Source: Gemmatimonadota bacterium
GTDB taxonomy: Bacteria; Gemmatimonadota; Gemmatimonadetes; Palauibacterales; KS3-K002
Reading direction: 5' to 3'
DNA: 64,000 bases
NCBI GenBank assembly: GCA_039586795.1
Contig: JBDHJS010000002.1
Location: 96,001-160,000, forward strand
Of this stretch, positions 9,171 to 18,946 are shown piece after piece. The notes under the pieces were generated by a model. The model did not search any database, had not been told where the DNA came from, and was given only the letters and a program-made list of their open reading frames with translations. How positions within the stretch are numbered: the stretch's first letter is position 1; each line of letters opens with the position of its first letter. A program made the position numbers and the translations under genes.

Positions 9171-10930
9171 GGCAATGGATCGACGATCTCCCGGACGGCC
9201 GCCGCCGCATCCGAGAGCACGGCGGTCGCCTCGCGGGACGTTCGGGCTGTGGTCAACGCCTGAAGGAAGCTATCCAAGTTGGACGGACGTTGGGACCTCG
9301 AGTCGACGATGGCGCCAGCGATGCGAGTCAGCTCTGGGCAGGAACCTGCGCCGACCCAGCCGATCTCGCACGCCTGCGTCACGAGTCGCTCCAGCCGCTC
9401 AGCCCGAGCCTTGGGATCGATGGTTTCCAGCTTGTCCGGACCTATCGTCCAACCGGCGTGGCTGTTCTGAAGGAACCGGCCGTCCGATTCGCAGCGCCGG
9501 GGCAGGCCGAGGGCGGCCTGGATCCGGTATTCGACGATGCCGGGCCGCGTCCCCTCATCAGCCGAAATCACGAAGCCCTGCTTGATCGAGCCCGGGGCGA
9601 TATTCTCCTCGATCGGGCCCAGTGCGTTGGACCAGCGAAGCCAATCCCCCTGGTCCAGCAGATCCATGCCCCACCCTTCCGGCGCGGCGCTGCGGTCTAC
9701 GTGTCCGTCGACTTCAACGGCGAGCGCGCCGACCGCCGCGTCGTCGGTCTCGGAGACCTGGGCAGCATAACTGTAGACCTGGGGTGCGTCGGGGCTCCAG
9801 CGGGCGTGTAACGAAGCCTGTACCCGATCGCCTCCGTCCGCCGGGCGGCGACAACTCGGCAAGTCGAAATCGAAGCGCTGGTCGTCCCGGGGTCCGTGGA
9901 CCCAAAGTCGGCCGGGGATAGCGGGGTCGTCGGTCGTGCCGATCGATGTCGCCGGCAGATCGAACGGTACGACGAGGTGAAAGTCGGCTGCGTGACTCCC
10001 GTCCCGCAGACTGTAAACCGCGCCGCCGCCTAGCGCGACGGCAGTCTCGGCGAATCGAGTCGCACGGCGTAGAGGGCGACGCTCGATGTCGATGAGGACG
10101 AGCATGCGACCGTCGAGCACCAGTCGAGGTTGGACCAATCCGTATCCCTCGAGATCCAGCGGTGGCCCGATCTCGCCCGACCGCACGTCCACGAGTTGGT
10201 AGCGGTCATGACCGACGTCGATCCGGTAGAGCAGCACGTCGCCCCAAGCGTCGGCGACTACGGCGTTCACTTGATCGAACCAGCGCCGGTGATCGAAGGC
10301 GGCGGCCACCTGATCCCGTTGCGTGTCCAGGAGAAGCGGTCTTCCGATGGGATCGAGGGTCCACGCGTACCAGTCGCGGCCGACAAATCCCGCGGCGCGC
10401 TCGTCAGGTAGAAACTGATTGGTGCGGCCCAGGGAGCGGAGCGATTCGCTGTCGTAGATATGAGTCTCGGCCAAGAACCCGGGCCCGTACCAATGGACGT
10501 AGATCTTCGTGGATTGAGGAGGAACGAGCATCTGCAACCAGGTGGGGACGAGCGAGCCAAACGGTGGATCGATCGTGCGCGATTCGCGCCGCACCAGGTC
10601 GAGCTCGATGAGGCGGAGCGCTCCCGCCGCGTCGATCGCCGTGAAGTAGATGCGACCGCGCTCCGGCAGCTCGAGAATCTGCCCGGTGAGCAGGCGCATG
10701 GGTACCCGTACCGCAATCGGATCGATCGGCGGGGGTGCGGCCAGGTAACCTGGCGCCACCCGTTCGACACGCACCCCAAGGAAAGTCTGGTAGGTCGTCA
10801 GCGGCGGCTCGAGGGTGTAGAACTGACCGATAGCTTTGCCACCGTCGAACTGCGCTGCCGCGACTCCCGGTAATGACGTGAGTGATACCGCGAGGATGAT
10901 ACCGCCTAAGGCGCGCCGAGAAGCTGTCAC
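9167..10930 (-). CDS. Hypothetical secreted protein, beta-rich (possibly propeller plus C-terminal domain)
   Basis: 587-aa ORF with signal peptide (AAA-Q); 4-bp overlaps with both neighbours. Confidence 0.6.
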   Translation of the reverse strand: MTASRRALGGIILAVSLTSLPGVAAAQFDGGKAIGQFYTLEPPLTTYQTFLGVRVERVAPGYLAAPPPIDPIAVRVPMRLLTGQILELPERGRIYFTAIDAAGALRLIELDLVRRESRTIDPPFGSLVPTWLQMLVPPQSTKIYVHWYGPGFLAETHIYDSESLRSLGRTNQFLPDERAAGFVGRDWYAWTLDPIGRPLLLDTQRDQVAAAFDHRRWFDQVNAVVADAWGDVLLYRIDVGHDRYQLVDVRSGEIGPPLDLEGYGLVQPRLVLDGRMLVLIDIERRPLRRATRFAETAVALGGGAVYSLRDGSHAADFHLVVPFDLPATSIGTTDDPAIPGRLWVHGPRDDQRFDFDLPSCRRPADGGDRVQASLHARWSPDAPQVYSYAAQVSETDDAAVGALAVEVDGHVDRSAAPEGWGMDLLDQGDWLRWSNALGPIEENIAPGSIKQGFVISADEGTRPGIVEYRIQAALGLPRRCESDGRFLQNSHAGWTIGPDKLETIDPKARAERLERLVTQACEIGWVGAGSCPELTRIAGAIVDSRSQRPSNLDSFLQALTTARTSREATAVLSDAAAAVREIVDPLP

Positions 10931-11949
10931 TTCTTCTTGACGCCGAGACCGGGCTCGGCGCTCAAGTGGATGCGGCCCCGGGCGATGCTGAGCCCGGAGA
11001 AAGGATCATCGGCCAGCAGCGCGGCGCCATCCAGATCGGTGTAGTCGACCAGTGGGGCCAGCTGCGCCGCGGCCGAGATGCCGAGAGAGGTCTCGACCAT
11101 ACAACCCAGCATGACCTTGAGGTTGTGCGCGCGTGCCGTGTGGATCATGCGAAGCGCCTCGGCGATACCTCCGCACTTCGCGAGCTTGATGTTGATGCCG
11201 TCCACGGCGCCGGCCAGCCGCGGGATGTCCATCGACGTGATGCAGGATTCGTCGGCGATGATCGGCAGCGGCGAGCGCTCGCGGACGAAACGCAAGCCAT
11301 CGATGTCGTGAGCGGCGACCGGCTGCTCCACAAACTCGATCGCGAACGGCTGCAGAGCTTCGATCCGCTCTACCGCCTGTCGTGGATGCCATGCGGTGTT
11401 CGCGTCGACGCGCAGTCGAACTTTCGGCGCCTCGTCTCGAACGATCGAGAGCGTCTCCTCGTCTCGCTCCGTGCCGACCTTGATCTTGAGTATCGGGTAT
11501 TCCTGCGCTTCGCGTAGCTTGGCGCGGATCACCTGCGGTTCATCGAGTCCAATGGTGAAGCTGGTCCAGGGCGAGCGACTGGGGTCGAGCCCGAGGAGCG
11601 CGTGTACGGGAACGCCGATCTTCTTGCCCATCAGGTCGTACAGCGCTGCGACGATGCCGGCCCGGGCCGAAGCGTTGCCGCCCAGATCCTCGAGACAGGC
11701 GACCTCTATCTCCTGCACGGCGAAGGGATTGCATGCGGATTCAACGCTGCCGCGGTATACCTCTAGCGCCGCTTTGACCGTTTCCGGCGTCTCGCCGTAG
11801 TACTGGACCGGGTTCGCCTCGCCCCAGCCGGTCACACCATCGTCATCGGTGAGGCGGATCCAGACCGCCCAGTCGTCGCCGTGGCCGCCCCGTGCGATGT
11901 TGAACGGGTGCCGGGTCCGTAGCGCCTCGACTTCGTACTCAAGCTTCAT
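10927..11949 (-). CDS. Dipeptide epimerase (L-Ala-D/L-Glu epimerase, enolase superfamily)
   Basis: GWGEA, LKIKVG, RVDAN, FVEQP, IADES, NIKLAKCGG, GCMVE, DLDG; RBS GAGGAG before ATG 11949. Confidence 0.9.
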   Translation of the reverse strand: MKLEYEVEALRTRHPFNIARGGHGDDWAVWIRLTDDDGVTGWGEANPVQYYGETPETVKAALEVYRGSVESACNPFAVQEIEVACLEDLGGNASARAGIVAALYDLMGKKIGVPVHALLGLDPSRSPWTSFTIGLDEPQVIRAKLREAQEYPILKIKVGTERDEETLSIVRDEAPKVRLRVDANTAWHPRQAVERIEALQPFAIEFVEQPVAAHDIDGLRFVRERSPLPIIADESCITSMDIPRLAGAVDGINIKLAKCGGIAEALRMIHTARAHNLKVMLGCMVETSLGISAAAQLAPLVDYTDLDGAALLADDPFSGLSIARGRIHLSAEPGLGVKKK

Positions 11950-11968
11950 ATCACTCCTCAGCAAACAA

Positions 11969-12077
11969 CGTCGTACTCGTTACTCCTGATCGTACTCGTA
12001 ATCCTACTCGTACTCGGGTCCAGCGCGAGTAGGAGTACGATAACGAGTACGATCACCAGTACGAGTACAAGTACGAT
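11969..12077. repeat. Inverted hexamer tandem-repeat element (TCGTAC)n ... (GTACGA)n
   Basis: Degenerate TCGTAC units at 11969-12016, short spacer, degenerate GAGTAC/GTACGA units at 12026-12077. Confidence 0.8.
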
Positions 12078-12105
12078 AAACACCACGGGAGGTTCGCGCT
12101 GGACC

Positions 12106-12810
12106 CTACTCCCCGGGGATTTCGCGGGGGAAGAACGTCATCCTCACGAAATCGTACGGCGGCCAGGAGGACACGTCGAACTGATACTCGGGGTTGTCAG
12201 CGTCCAGTTCGTCGGCGTACTCGATGAAGCTCACCCAGTCGGCGCGGTTGACGAGAAACGCGGCCGAGAGAATTCGCGAGCCCGTTGGCGGGAGCGTGAA
12301 CGCGGCGCGTGAGCGGCGTCGCAGCGAGGTGTAAAAGGCAGCGGTCTGATCGGCCTGCTCGCCTTCGCTCGTCTCGGGCCGGCGCCCCGAAGGCTGGATA
12401 TGGACGCGCATCTCGATAGCGCCTTCCAGATAGGCCAGCGCCTCTTCCAGCGCGACGTGCTGGTCTTCCAGGAACGCGGTGAGCTGTTGCTTGTCGCGGA
12501 ACACGACACCGTACGGAGCGGGTACGATGGTGCACCGACGGGTGGCCTTGTCGATCGTCAGGTGGTGATCCTGGACTTCACTACGATTCCACTCCGGCAA
12601 CCGATAGGGGACGGCGTGGACGAGGGCGGCCAGGCCGCGATGCTCGACCAGCTCGTCTTCGGCCGAGACGGCTAGCTTGGCCAGCGCGCGCTCGTGACCG
12701 CGCACGCTGACGACACCACGCAGCATGTACCCCGTGGTCTCGGTCGCCTCCGGCTCGTTCGAGTCGGCAGACGCGCGCGCTGCCGTCACAGGTTGCTCGA
12801 ACTCTCCCAT
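12106..12810 (-). CDS. GvpL/GvpF-family protein (orphan)
   Basis: TIVPAPYGVVF, LEGAIEMRVH, LSAAFLV and WPPYDFV match the GvpF/L pattern. Confidence 0.7.
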   Translation of the reverse strand: MGEFEQPVTAARASADSNEPEATETTGYMLRGVVSVRGHERALAKLAVSAEDELVEHRGLAALVHAVPYRLPEWNRSEVQDHHLTIDKATRRCTIVPAPYGVVFRDKQQLTAFLEDQHVALEEALAYLEGAIEMRVHIQPSGRRPETSEGEQADQTAAFYTSLRRRSRAAFTLPPTGSRILSAAFLVNRADWVSFIEYADELDADNPEYQFDVSSWPPYDFVRMTFFPREIPGE

Positions 12811-14018
12811 CCGTCACTCAGGAGTAAGTACATCTCGCTCTGTGGGTTCGGAGTCGTCACCTCGGGGCCGTCAGGGCCGATGAAGACGTTGATCTCGGAT
12901 CGCACTCCGAACTCGCCCTCGAAATAGACACCGGGCTCGACAGAGAATCCGATGCCGGGGAGCAGGACCCGCTCGTCCCGGGTCTCGACGCCATCGATGT
13001 TGGGGCCGAGTCCGTGCACCTCGTTATCGATCGAGTGTCCCGTACGATGGTTGAAGCGATCCAGAAAGCCGGCTTTCTCTATGACGGCCCGTGACGCGGC
13101 GTCGACGTCGCAGCCCCGGAGCGCTTTGCCCGGGTCCGCGAAAGTCGCCTCGGCGTACTCGACGGCGGCGACGCGGGCACCCTGCACGGCACGCCATACT
13201 TCCTGAACGTTGCCCGGTACTTCCGTCCCCATGAAGGCCATCCAAGTCTGATCGGCATACACCGACCCGGGCTCGTGTGCCCAGAGGTCGATGAGCAACA
13301 CCTGGCCTTCGACGATCGTCGACGAACTGTCCGGCGTCGGTTCGTAATGGCCGTCGGCCGCGTTGGGCCCTACACCGACAATCGTGTCGGTCTCGATCAG
13401 CCCCGCGTCGGAGCTCATCTTGATGATCGAATCCTTGAGCTCCCATTCGCTGAGCTTCGTGCCGGCCTTGACCGCATCGACGGCCTGCTTGTAGGCGCGC
13501 GAAGCGACGTTGGCCAGGATCTGCGATGCGCGTCGATGGCTTTCCAGTTCCGCTTCCGTCCACGCGGCGCCGAACAGCGTGACCAACTCGCTGGAATCGG
13601 CGAGGTTCACACCGGCACGCTTGATCAGGTCGAGAACACCCGCCGGTACGCGGTCGATCTGCGGGATCGCGTCCGACTCGGAATACTCGACCGCGATTCG
13701 TTGCCCTGGGTTGAGGATCTCGGCCAGCGTCTTCTCCAGCTCCTGCCACGTGAAGTAGACACGCACCGAACCGGTCCAGTCCGACCAGGGCGGCGTCTCC
13801 AGCTTGTGCGCGACGGCGACCGGCTTGCCTTCCACGGGAATCAAGACGAAGTACCGTCGACTGAGCGGGTTGGGTAGCCCGAGCACTCGGCCAGCGATGG
13901 GATTCGTGGCGTGGTAGTCGTAGAGCAGCCAGCCGTCCAGATCGCGATCTCGTAGCGCGGTCTGTATATCCTTCAGACGACTGTCGTCGATGTACGCGCG
14001 TTGTGCTGTGTGTGCCAT
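12786..14018 (-). CDS. Xaa-Pro aminopeptidase family (M24B) peptidase
   Basis: LIDLWA, YADQTW, HRTGHSI, SVEPGVY, GVRSEIN metal-ligand motifs. Confidence 0.9.
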   Translation of the reverse strand: MAHTAQRAYIDDSRLKDIQTALRDRDLDGWLLYDYHATNPIAGRVLGLPNPLSRRYFVLIPVEGKPVAVAHKLETPPWSDWTGSVRVYFTWQELEKTLAEILNPGQRIAVEYSESDAIPQIDRVPAGVLDLIKRAGVNLADSSELVTLFGAAWTEAELESHRRASQILANVASRAYKQAVDAVKAGTKLSEWELKDSIIKMSSDAGLIETDTIVGVGPNAADGHYEPTPDSSSTIVEGQVLLIDLWAHEPGSVYADQTWMAFMGTEVPGNVQEVWRAVQGARVAAVEYAEATFADPGKALRGCDVDAASRAVIEKAGFLDRFNHRTGHSIDNEVHGLGPNIDGVETRDERVLLPGIGFSVEPGVYFEGEFGVRSEINVFIGPDGPEVTTPNPQSEMYLLLSDGWESSSNL

Positions 14019-14103
14019 TTATCGGTTTCTCATCTTCTACCTGAGTAAAATCGCTTTTGTTTCCGATGGTACCCTTTTGCCCAGCCACGATTGCGACTGC
14101 GGT

Positions 14104-14982
14104 CTACTGATCGCCGTTCGCTTCCTCGCCGTTCGCTCCTTTGACGCCGGTGATCAGCGTGACACCGATGGTACGTTCCGGGCCCAGGAGGGTTCGAATT
14201 TCGTATTCCCTGTTCACGGCGCCCTTAAGTCCGCGCCAGCCCCAACGCTGCCAGGCGCGTCTCAAGATCGAGATCTTGTCCGCCAGCGTTGAGAGCTCTG
14301 ACATGTGGGTGAATGTGCGACCGCGGATGAGGAAGGGAAAGGCCTGATCGGACCAATCCTCGACCTGAAGATCGTCGACGTTAGCGTCGCGCAGCGCCTG
14401 CTTCCACTCAACCAGCAGTAGTGGCGGTGCGCCGAGATGTTGAATGAGAATCTGGCGGCGATCGCTGTCCACGTGGCCGGTCCAGATGAGGGCGATGAGG
14501 ACGACATGCCCTCCAGGCCGCGTGACGCGGGCGAGCTCGCTTACAGTCTGGATCGGGTCGGCAGAACTGGCGAGGCCCAGCTCGCCGATCGCTAGGTCGA
14601 AGACCTCATCCTGGTAGGGCAGATCGTCGACGGGCGCGTTCTGGTAGTGGACATGGGCCGCAACCTCTGCCTCCCGGGCGCGTTCCTCTGCGACTTCTAC
14701 GACCGCCGGGTCCGGATCCACACCGGCGACCTCGGCGGGGTAGTTCTGAGCGAAGAAATTGGCCACGGAGCCGCGACCCGACGGCACGTCGAGCAGCGAG
14801 CGATGCTCTTCGGTCTCCGCCAGGCCGGTCAGCTTGGCGATCCGGCGGTAGAGCACCTGGTCGCCTGGTGAAAAGCCCCGCGAGCGGCTCAACCGCAGGA
14901 GATCGATCATGGATGGCCCACGTTCTGGGGCCTGCGGTGAGACGGGGGGCGGGGCGGCGTCGTTTCCTTCGCCAGGAGGCAT
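14104..14982 (-). CDS. Class I SAM-dependent methyltransferase
   Basis: LLDVPSGRG, GVDPDP, LPYQDEVFD, RVTRPGG; start could alternatively be 14910. Confidence 0.8.
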   Translation of the reverse strand: MPPGEGNDAAPPPVSPQAPERGPSMIDLLRLSRSRGFSPGDQVLYRRIAKLTGLAETEEHRSLLDVPSGRGSVANFFAQNYPAEVAGVDPDPAVVEVAEERAREAEVAAHVHYQNAPVDDLPYQDEVFDLAIGELGLASSADPIQTVSELARVTRPGGHVVLIALIWTGHVDSDRRQILIQHLGAPPLLLVEWKQALRDANVDDLQVEDWSDQAFPFLIRGRTFTHMSELSTLADKISILRRAWQRWGWRGLKGAVNREYEIRTLLGPERTIGVTLITGVKGANGEEANGDQ

Positions 14983-14989
14983 GGCGGGA

Positions 14990-15018
14990 AAACTAGAAGG
15001 GGCCCTGAGGGGGGTCAA
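14990..15018 (-). promoter_or_regulatory. Sigma70-type promoter, probably giving a leaderless mRNA
   Basis: Minus strand reads TTGACC-N17-TAGTTT-N7-ATG(14982) with no SD. Confidence 0.5.
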
Positions 15019-15095
15019 TGCTGGGAAGGTGGCACACGGTTTCGAGCACGAGCACGAATGGTCGTAGAGACCATATGCCGGTCGTGCTCATGCTC

Positions 15096-16073
15096 CTACT
15101 CGAATCCCAACCCGGCCAGGCCCCGGAGGTGGGCCAGTCCACAACTCTGCAGCAATCCCAGGTCGTACCCGCCTTCCAGCGTCGAGACGAGCCGGCCGTC
15201 GCAGTGTCGCTCCGCCAGCTCCACCAGCCGCTCGGTGAGCCGGTGATAGTCCCGCGGCGTAAGCGTAAACCCCGCCAACGGGTCCCCCGCGGCCGCATCG
15301 AACCCGGCGGAAATGAAGATGATGTCCGGCGCGAAGCTCGACAGCGCTTCATCTACGGCGCTCTGCAGTTCCTGCGTGTAGCGCTCGGCGGGGAGGCCGG
15401 GGGGCAGAGGAAGATTGATGGTGGCTCCTTCCCCGGGGCCGTGACCGCGATGCTGTCGGTGGCCGGTCCCTGGGTAATGCGGCGATTGGTGAAGCGAGAT
15501 GAAGAAAACATCCGGATCCTCGTAGAAGATCGCCTCCGTACCGTTCCCGTGATGCACATCCCAGTCGACGATCAACGCGCGCTCCATCCCTTTCTGCTGG
15601 GCGCGTCGTGCCCCGACCGCCACGTTGTTGAACAGGCAAAACCCCATCGGTCGATCGGCGGTGGCATGGTGACCGGGTGGTCGCACGGCGCAAAACGCGT
15701 TACGCGCCGTGCCGGCGGCGACGGCGTCGACGGCGCTGATCAACGAGCCGGCGGCGGCGAGCGCCGCGTCCCAGGAGCCCGAAGAGACGGCGGTATCGGG
15801 ATCGAGGTAGACGATGGCCTCGGCCTCGACGGCGCGGTTCCAGGCGGACCGGACGTGCTCGATGTGTGTTTTGGGATGGACGAGCGCCAGGTCGTCTTCG
15901 CTCGCTAGGGTGGCTTCCAGTAGCGTGATCTGTCCTTGCAGCTCCTCCGGGGCCCGATCGATAGCGTCCCGCAAAGCCTCCAGCCGCTCCGGTCGTTCGG
16001 GGTGCGCCGGACCCGTCAGGTGTTCGGAGCAGGCAGGATGGGTGAAGACGGCAACGGATGGGCTGTCGGACAT
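15096..16073 (-). CDS. Zn-dependent deacetylase, histone deacetylase family
   Basis: HPERPERL, RPPGHHA, GFCLFNN, DWDVHHGNGT, SAGFD, LEGGY. Confidence 0.93.
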   Translation of the reverse strand: MSDSPSVAVFTHPACSEHLTGPAHPERPERLEALRDAIDRAPEELQGQITLLEATLASEDDLALVHPKTHIEHVRSAWNRAVEAEAIVYLDPDTAVSSGSWDAALAAAGSLISAVDAVAAGTARNAFCAVRPPGHHATADRPMGFCLFNNVAVGARRAQQKGMERALIVDWDVHHGNGTEAIFYEDPDVFFISLHQSPHYPGTGHRQHRGHGPGEGATINLPLPPGLPAERYTQELQSAVDEALSSFAPDIIFISAGFDAAAGDPLAGFTLTPRDYHRLTERLVELAERHCDGRLVSTLEGGYDLGLLQSCGLAHLRGLAGLGFE

Positions 16074-16213
16074 GGCTCGCTAGCTCCCGCGTCGATTCGG
16101 CGTGGGCGTGTGGTGAGGATGAGGTTGGCGCTTGGGCCGCGGTCGCGACGGGGTCGCCGGCTGCTTCCGCGCGGGCGCCTTGCGCGACGGTGGGCGGTCT
16201 TTCTTGCGCTTCG

Positions 16214-17224
16214 TCATCCGACGTCCAGGGTGGGCATCCGCGCCCGCAGATACTGCTCGCAGTCGCGGATCGGGTAGAGAAGGACATGCCAGCGCGGGTC
16301 GGGCAGGGCGAGGGGCGCGGTCTCGGCGAGGAGCCAACGGCTGACGTCGTCCGCCTGGTCGATCGTCTGGGGGTCAACGCGACCCTCGATGCGGGCCAGC
16401 GCCCAGTAGATATCGTGACCGGTGGCGGGGCGCAGTCGCAGGTACCAGCTGTAGACTTCGCCCACCTCCGGCCGCACCGGCTTGAAGACGGAGGATCGCC
16501 GCCGGCCGTCCATCTCGAGGATCGCCGTCATACCGCCCGGGTCGAGGAACTGTGTTCGATGGCTCTTCACCAGCCCGATCGCTCGTCCCGACTTGAGCAG
16601 CGCCGGCTCGATGGCCAGACGGCCATCCACCAGCAGCCAGCCGTCGTGGGGACCCTTGTCTACCCAGCTTCGGGCCAACTTCCGCTCGAGGAGGGCGCGC
16701 TGAAGCTTCACGGCGTTTCGCCCGTCCTCGGCCAATCGGATCGGGTGCGCGGCGTCGGGATCGCTGCTGCTGTCCACCAGGGCACGCTCCGGTACGCCGA
16801 GCTCGAGGAATCGATCGGGTGGCAAGCGGTCGTGCGAGAAAGCGAGTACCTCCCGCTCGATGACGTCCCAGGTCTGGAAGGTGCGGTCGACGCGCTGGCG
16901 GATGACGGCGGCCACGTAGCCGTGTACCAGGGGGACGGTGCCCACGTAGCCGCAGATACGCGTGTACTCGATCCCGTCGAGAAAGAAGCCGAAGCGAGAC
17001 TCCACCGGGTCGCCCAGGTCGTGGATCTTGAGCTCGCCTCCATCTTCGACGAGCTCCGCCTCCCCCATCGCCGTCGGCTCAGGCGGGGGCTCCGGTTGCG
17101 GTCCGCCACCGTGGATGGGCCGCCATTCGTCGCCCAGCTCCGGGGCCAGCTCGGCGATTTGACGCCACAGCGGTGCGGTTGCTGGCGCTCGATCTTGCTT
17201 CTGTGCTCTGCTATCGCGCATCAT
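16214..17224 (-). CDS. NurA-like nuclease (RNase H-like fold)
   Basis: FLDG, LLVDGRL, GLVKSH, YSWYLRLR and DPR..LYPI..CE resemble bacterial NurA proteins; start uncertain. Confidence 0.55.
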   Translation of the reverse strand: MMRDSRAQKQDRAPATAPLWRQIAELAPELGDEWRPIHGGGPQPEPPPEPTAMGEAELVEDGGELKIHDLGDPVESRFGFFLDGIEYTRICGYVGTVPLVHGYVAAVIRQRVDRTFQTWDVIEREVLAFSHDRLPPDRFLELGVPERALVDSSSDPDAAHPIRLAEDGRNAVKLQRALLERKLARSWVDKGPHDGWLLVDGRLAIEPALLKSGRAIGLVKSHRTQFLDPGGMTAILEMDGRRRSSVFKPVRPEVGEVYSWYLRLRPATGHDIYWALARIEGRVDPQTIDQADDVSRWLLAETAPLALPDPRWHVLLYPIRDCEQYLRARMPTLDVG

Positions 17225-17292
17225 GGAGCCGGGTTTAGGGTGGACCGGTGGTGATGAATAAGCGTTTACTATCACTCCTACAACGGGGCTGC

Positions 17293-18297
17293 ATGATCAA
17301 CAGGCGGAAACTCGTCTCAGGAATCGGCTGCGCGTTGCTGGTCACGCTCACCTCCTGCGACAATGTCGAGTGGGGTGGCGTGCAGGTGAGCGTCCGCGAG
17401 CCTGAGTACGAAAGTCCGGCCTCGCTGGAGGCCGATTCGGACACACTGGCGGAGGTGTCACCGCTGGAGATGCCGACGGGCCCGCTGCTGTTCCATGTTC
17501 TCCGCACGGATGACGCGGGTAGCGCGACGATCGAGGCCGTGGCGGAGCTGGTTGTCGGTGAGTTGAAGGTGGTGGGACCGCAAAGCGCGGATCGCAGCGC
17601 CGACTACGCCTCTGAGTTTGTCGGACGGTACTTCGAGCCGGATCAGCCGTATGTGCTGTATCGAGATGGTCTGCGGGTTGGGACGTTCTATGTCGTCGCG
17701 GACGCGGTTTCGGGAAGCGGCCTGTGTCTCGATCTGGCGGCGACGGGGCGTATTGAGCTGCGTCCTGGAGCGGACACGCTGAGCGAGTTCACGGCGTGGC
17801 CCGCCGGGGCATGGGCAGGAGAGGGCGAGCTGGCGGCACCGGAGACGCGAGGTGACATGCGGTCGTTGGCGCAGATTCTGGCGCGTCGCGGTCTGGAGGA
17901 GAGCGGCGTAGGCGGGGCCATTCGGATTCGTAATCCGGCGGACCTCAGAGCACTGGACGTGGGCGCCGGCCGCTACGGCTTCGCGGCGACGTTCGTGACC
18001 GGGGATACGCTTGGCACCGGATCACCGTTCGATTCGGCCGGCTCCGTGTTCCTCGTGGCCGACTACAACGCGGCCAGCGGCTTCTTCCCCCTGTTCTTCG
18101 ATGCGGCGTGGTACGGTGCCGGAGAGAAGCGGGTCCTGCGCTGGTTGGATGCGGCGGACCTTATTGGCGACGGTGAGGCGGAGTGGCTGCTGCGGGCGTA
18201 CGGCGACACGAATGATTGGTATGAGGTGATGGCCGGCGCAGATACGAGCCGGAGCGTGATCTGGACGAGTCGTCGGCCGGAGTGCGACGCCAGGTAG
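17293..18297 (+). CDS. Hypothetical lipoprotein
   Basis: Signal peptide ending LTSC; long ORF with typical codon usage. Confidence 0.7.
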   Translation: MINRRKLVSGIGCALLVTLTSCDNVEWGGVQVSVREPEYESPASLEADSDTLAEVSPLEMPTGPLLFHVLRTDDAGSATIEAVAELVVGELKVVGPQSADRSADYASEFVGRYFEPDQPYVLYRDGLRVGTFYVVADAVSGSGLCLDLAATGRIELRPGADTLSEFTAWPAGAWAGEGELAAPETRGDMRSLAQILARRGLEESGVGGAIRIRNPADLRALDVGAGRYGFAATFVTGDTLGTGSPFDSAGSVFLVADYNAASGFFPLFFDAAWYGAGEKRVLRWLDAADLIGDGEAEWLLRAYGDTNDWYEVMAGADTSRSVIWTSRRPECDAR

Positions 18298-18387
18298 AGA
18301 CGAAACGCATACAGGCCTGAAGAAGGAGCGGGGTCCGGGACTCCCGTCGCGAACCCCTCGTTTCGTTCAATCGAGCCGACTCCGTAC

Positions 18388-18849
18388 TTACTGCTTGTCG
18401 AATGAAGCCGTCAACGTACCCGGGTTGTAGATCGATGTCGGGTCGGGGTGCAGCTCGGTGTCCGGCAGCACTATATCAAGTTCGGTGTTGTTGTTTGAAA
18501 GTGAAAAGGTCCCTTCGAGCGGCGGATCGGTGTTGGCATCGTTCGTGAGCTCGAAGGTGTTGGCACCTGTGATCGTGAAGGTGCCGGTGACGCTGAGCAT
18601 CAGGACATCCTGTGAGAACTCGTAGGTCGAATCCGCGGCGACGCTGATCATGACTGTAGCAATGCCGCTCAGCGTGAGATCCAAGGTCGAGTCCGGATCA
18701 GACTCGGATGTGACAACAGACACCGACGCCACCCAATCGCCGACGAAGACGCTGATATCCGGTATTGGAGCTGTTGGGTCGTCGTCGTCACAAGCGATCG
18801 CTACAGTGCCCAGTAGCATTAGTACGACAGCCAAACGTGCGAGCTTCAT
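18388..18849 (-). CDS. Hypothetical lipoprotein (beta-rich, lipocalin-like)
   Basis: Lipobox AIAC then DDDDPTAP, FVGDW; RBS AGGAGG upstream. Confidence 0.7.
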   Translation of the reverse strand: MKLARLAVVLMLLGTVAIACDDDDPTAPIPDISVFVGDWVASVSVVTSESDPDSTLDLTLSGIATVMISVAADSTYEFSQDVLMLSVTGTFTITGANTFELTNDANTDPPLEGTFSLSNNNTELDIVLPDTELHPDPTSIYNPGTLTASFDKQ

Positions 18850-18946
18850 GTTCCTACCTCCTTGTAAATGCTGTAATGCGGGGGATTTCAGCATGGGTTT
18901 GCACCCTATAGTCTATTGGAATACAGCCATTCTTCCAGTTCACCCT

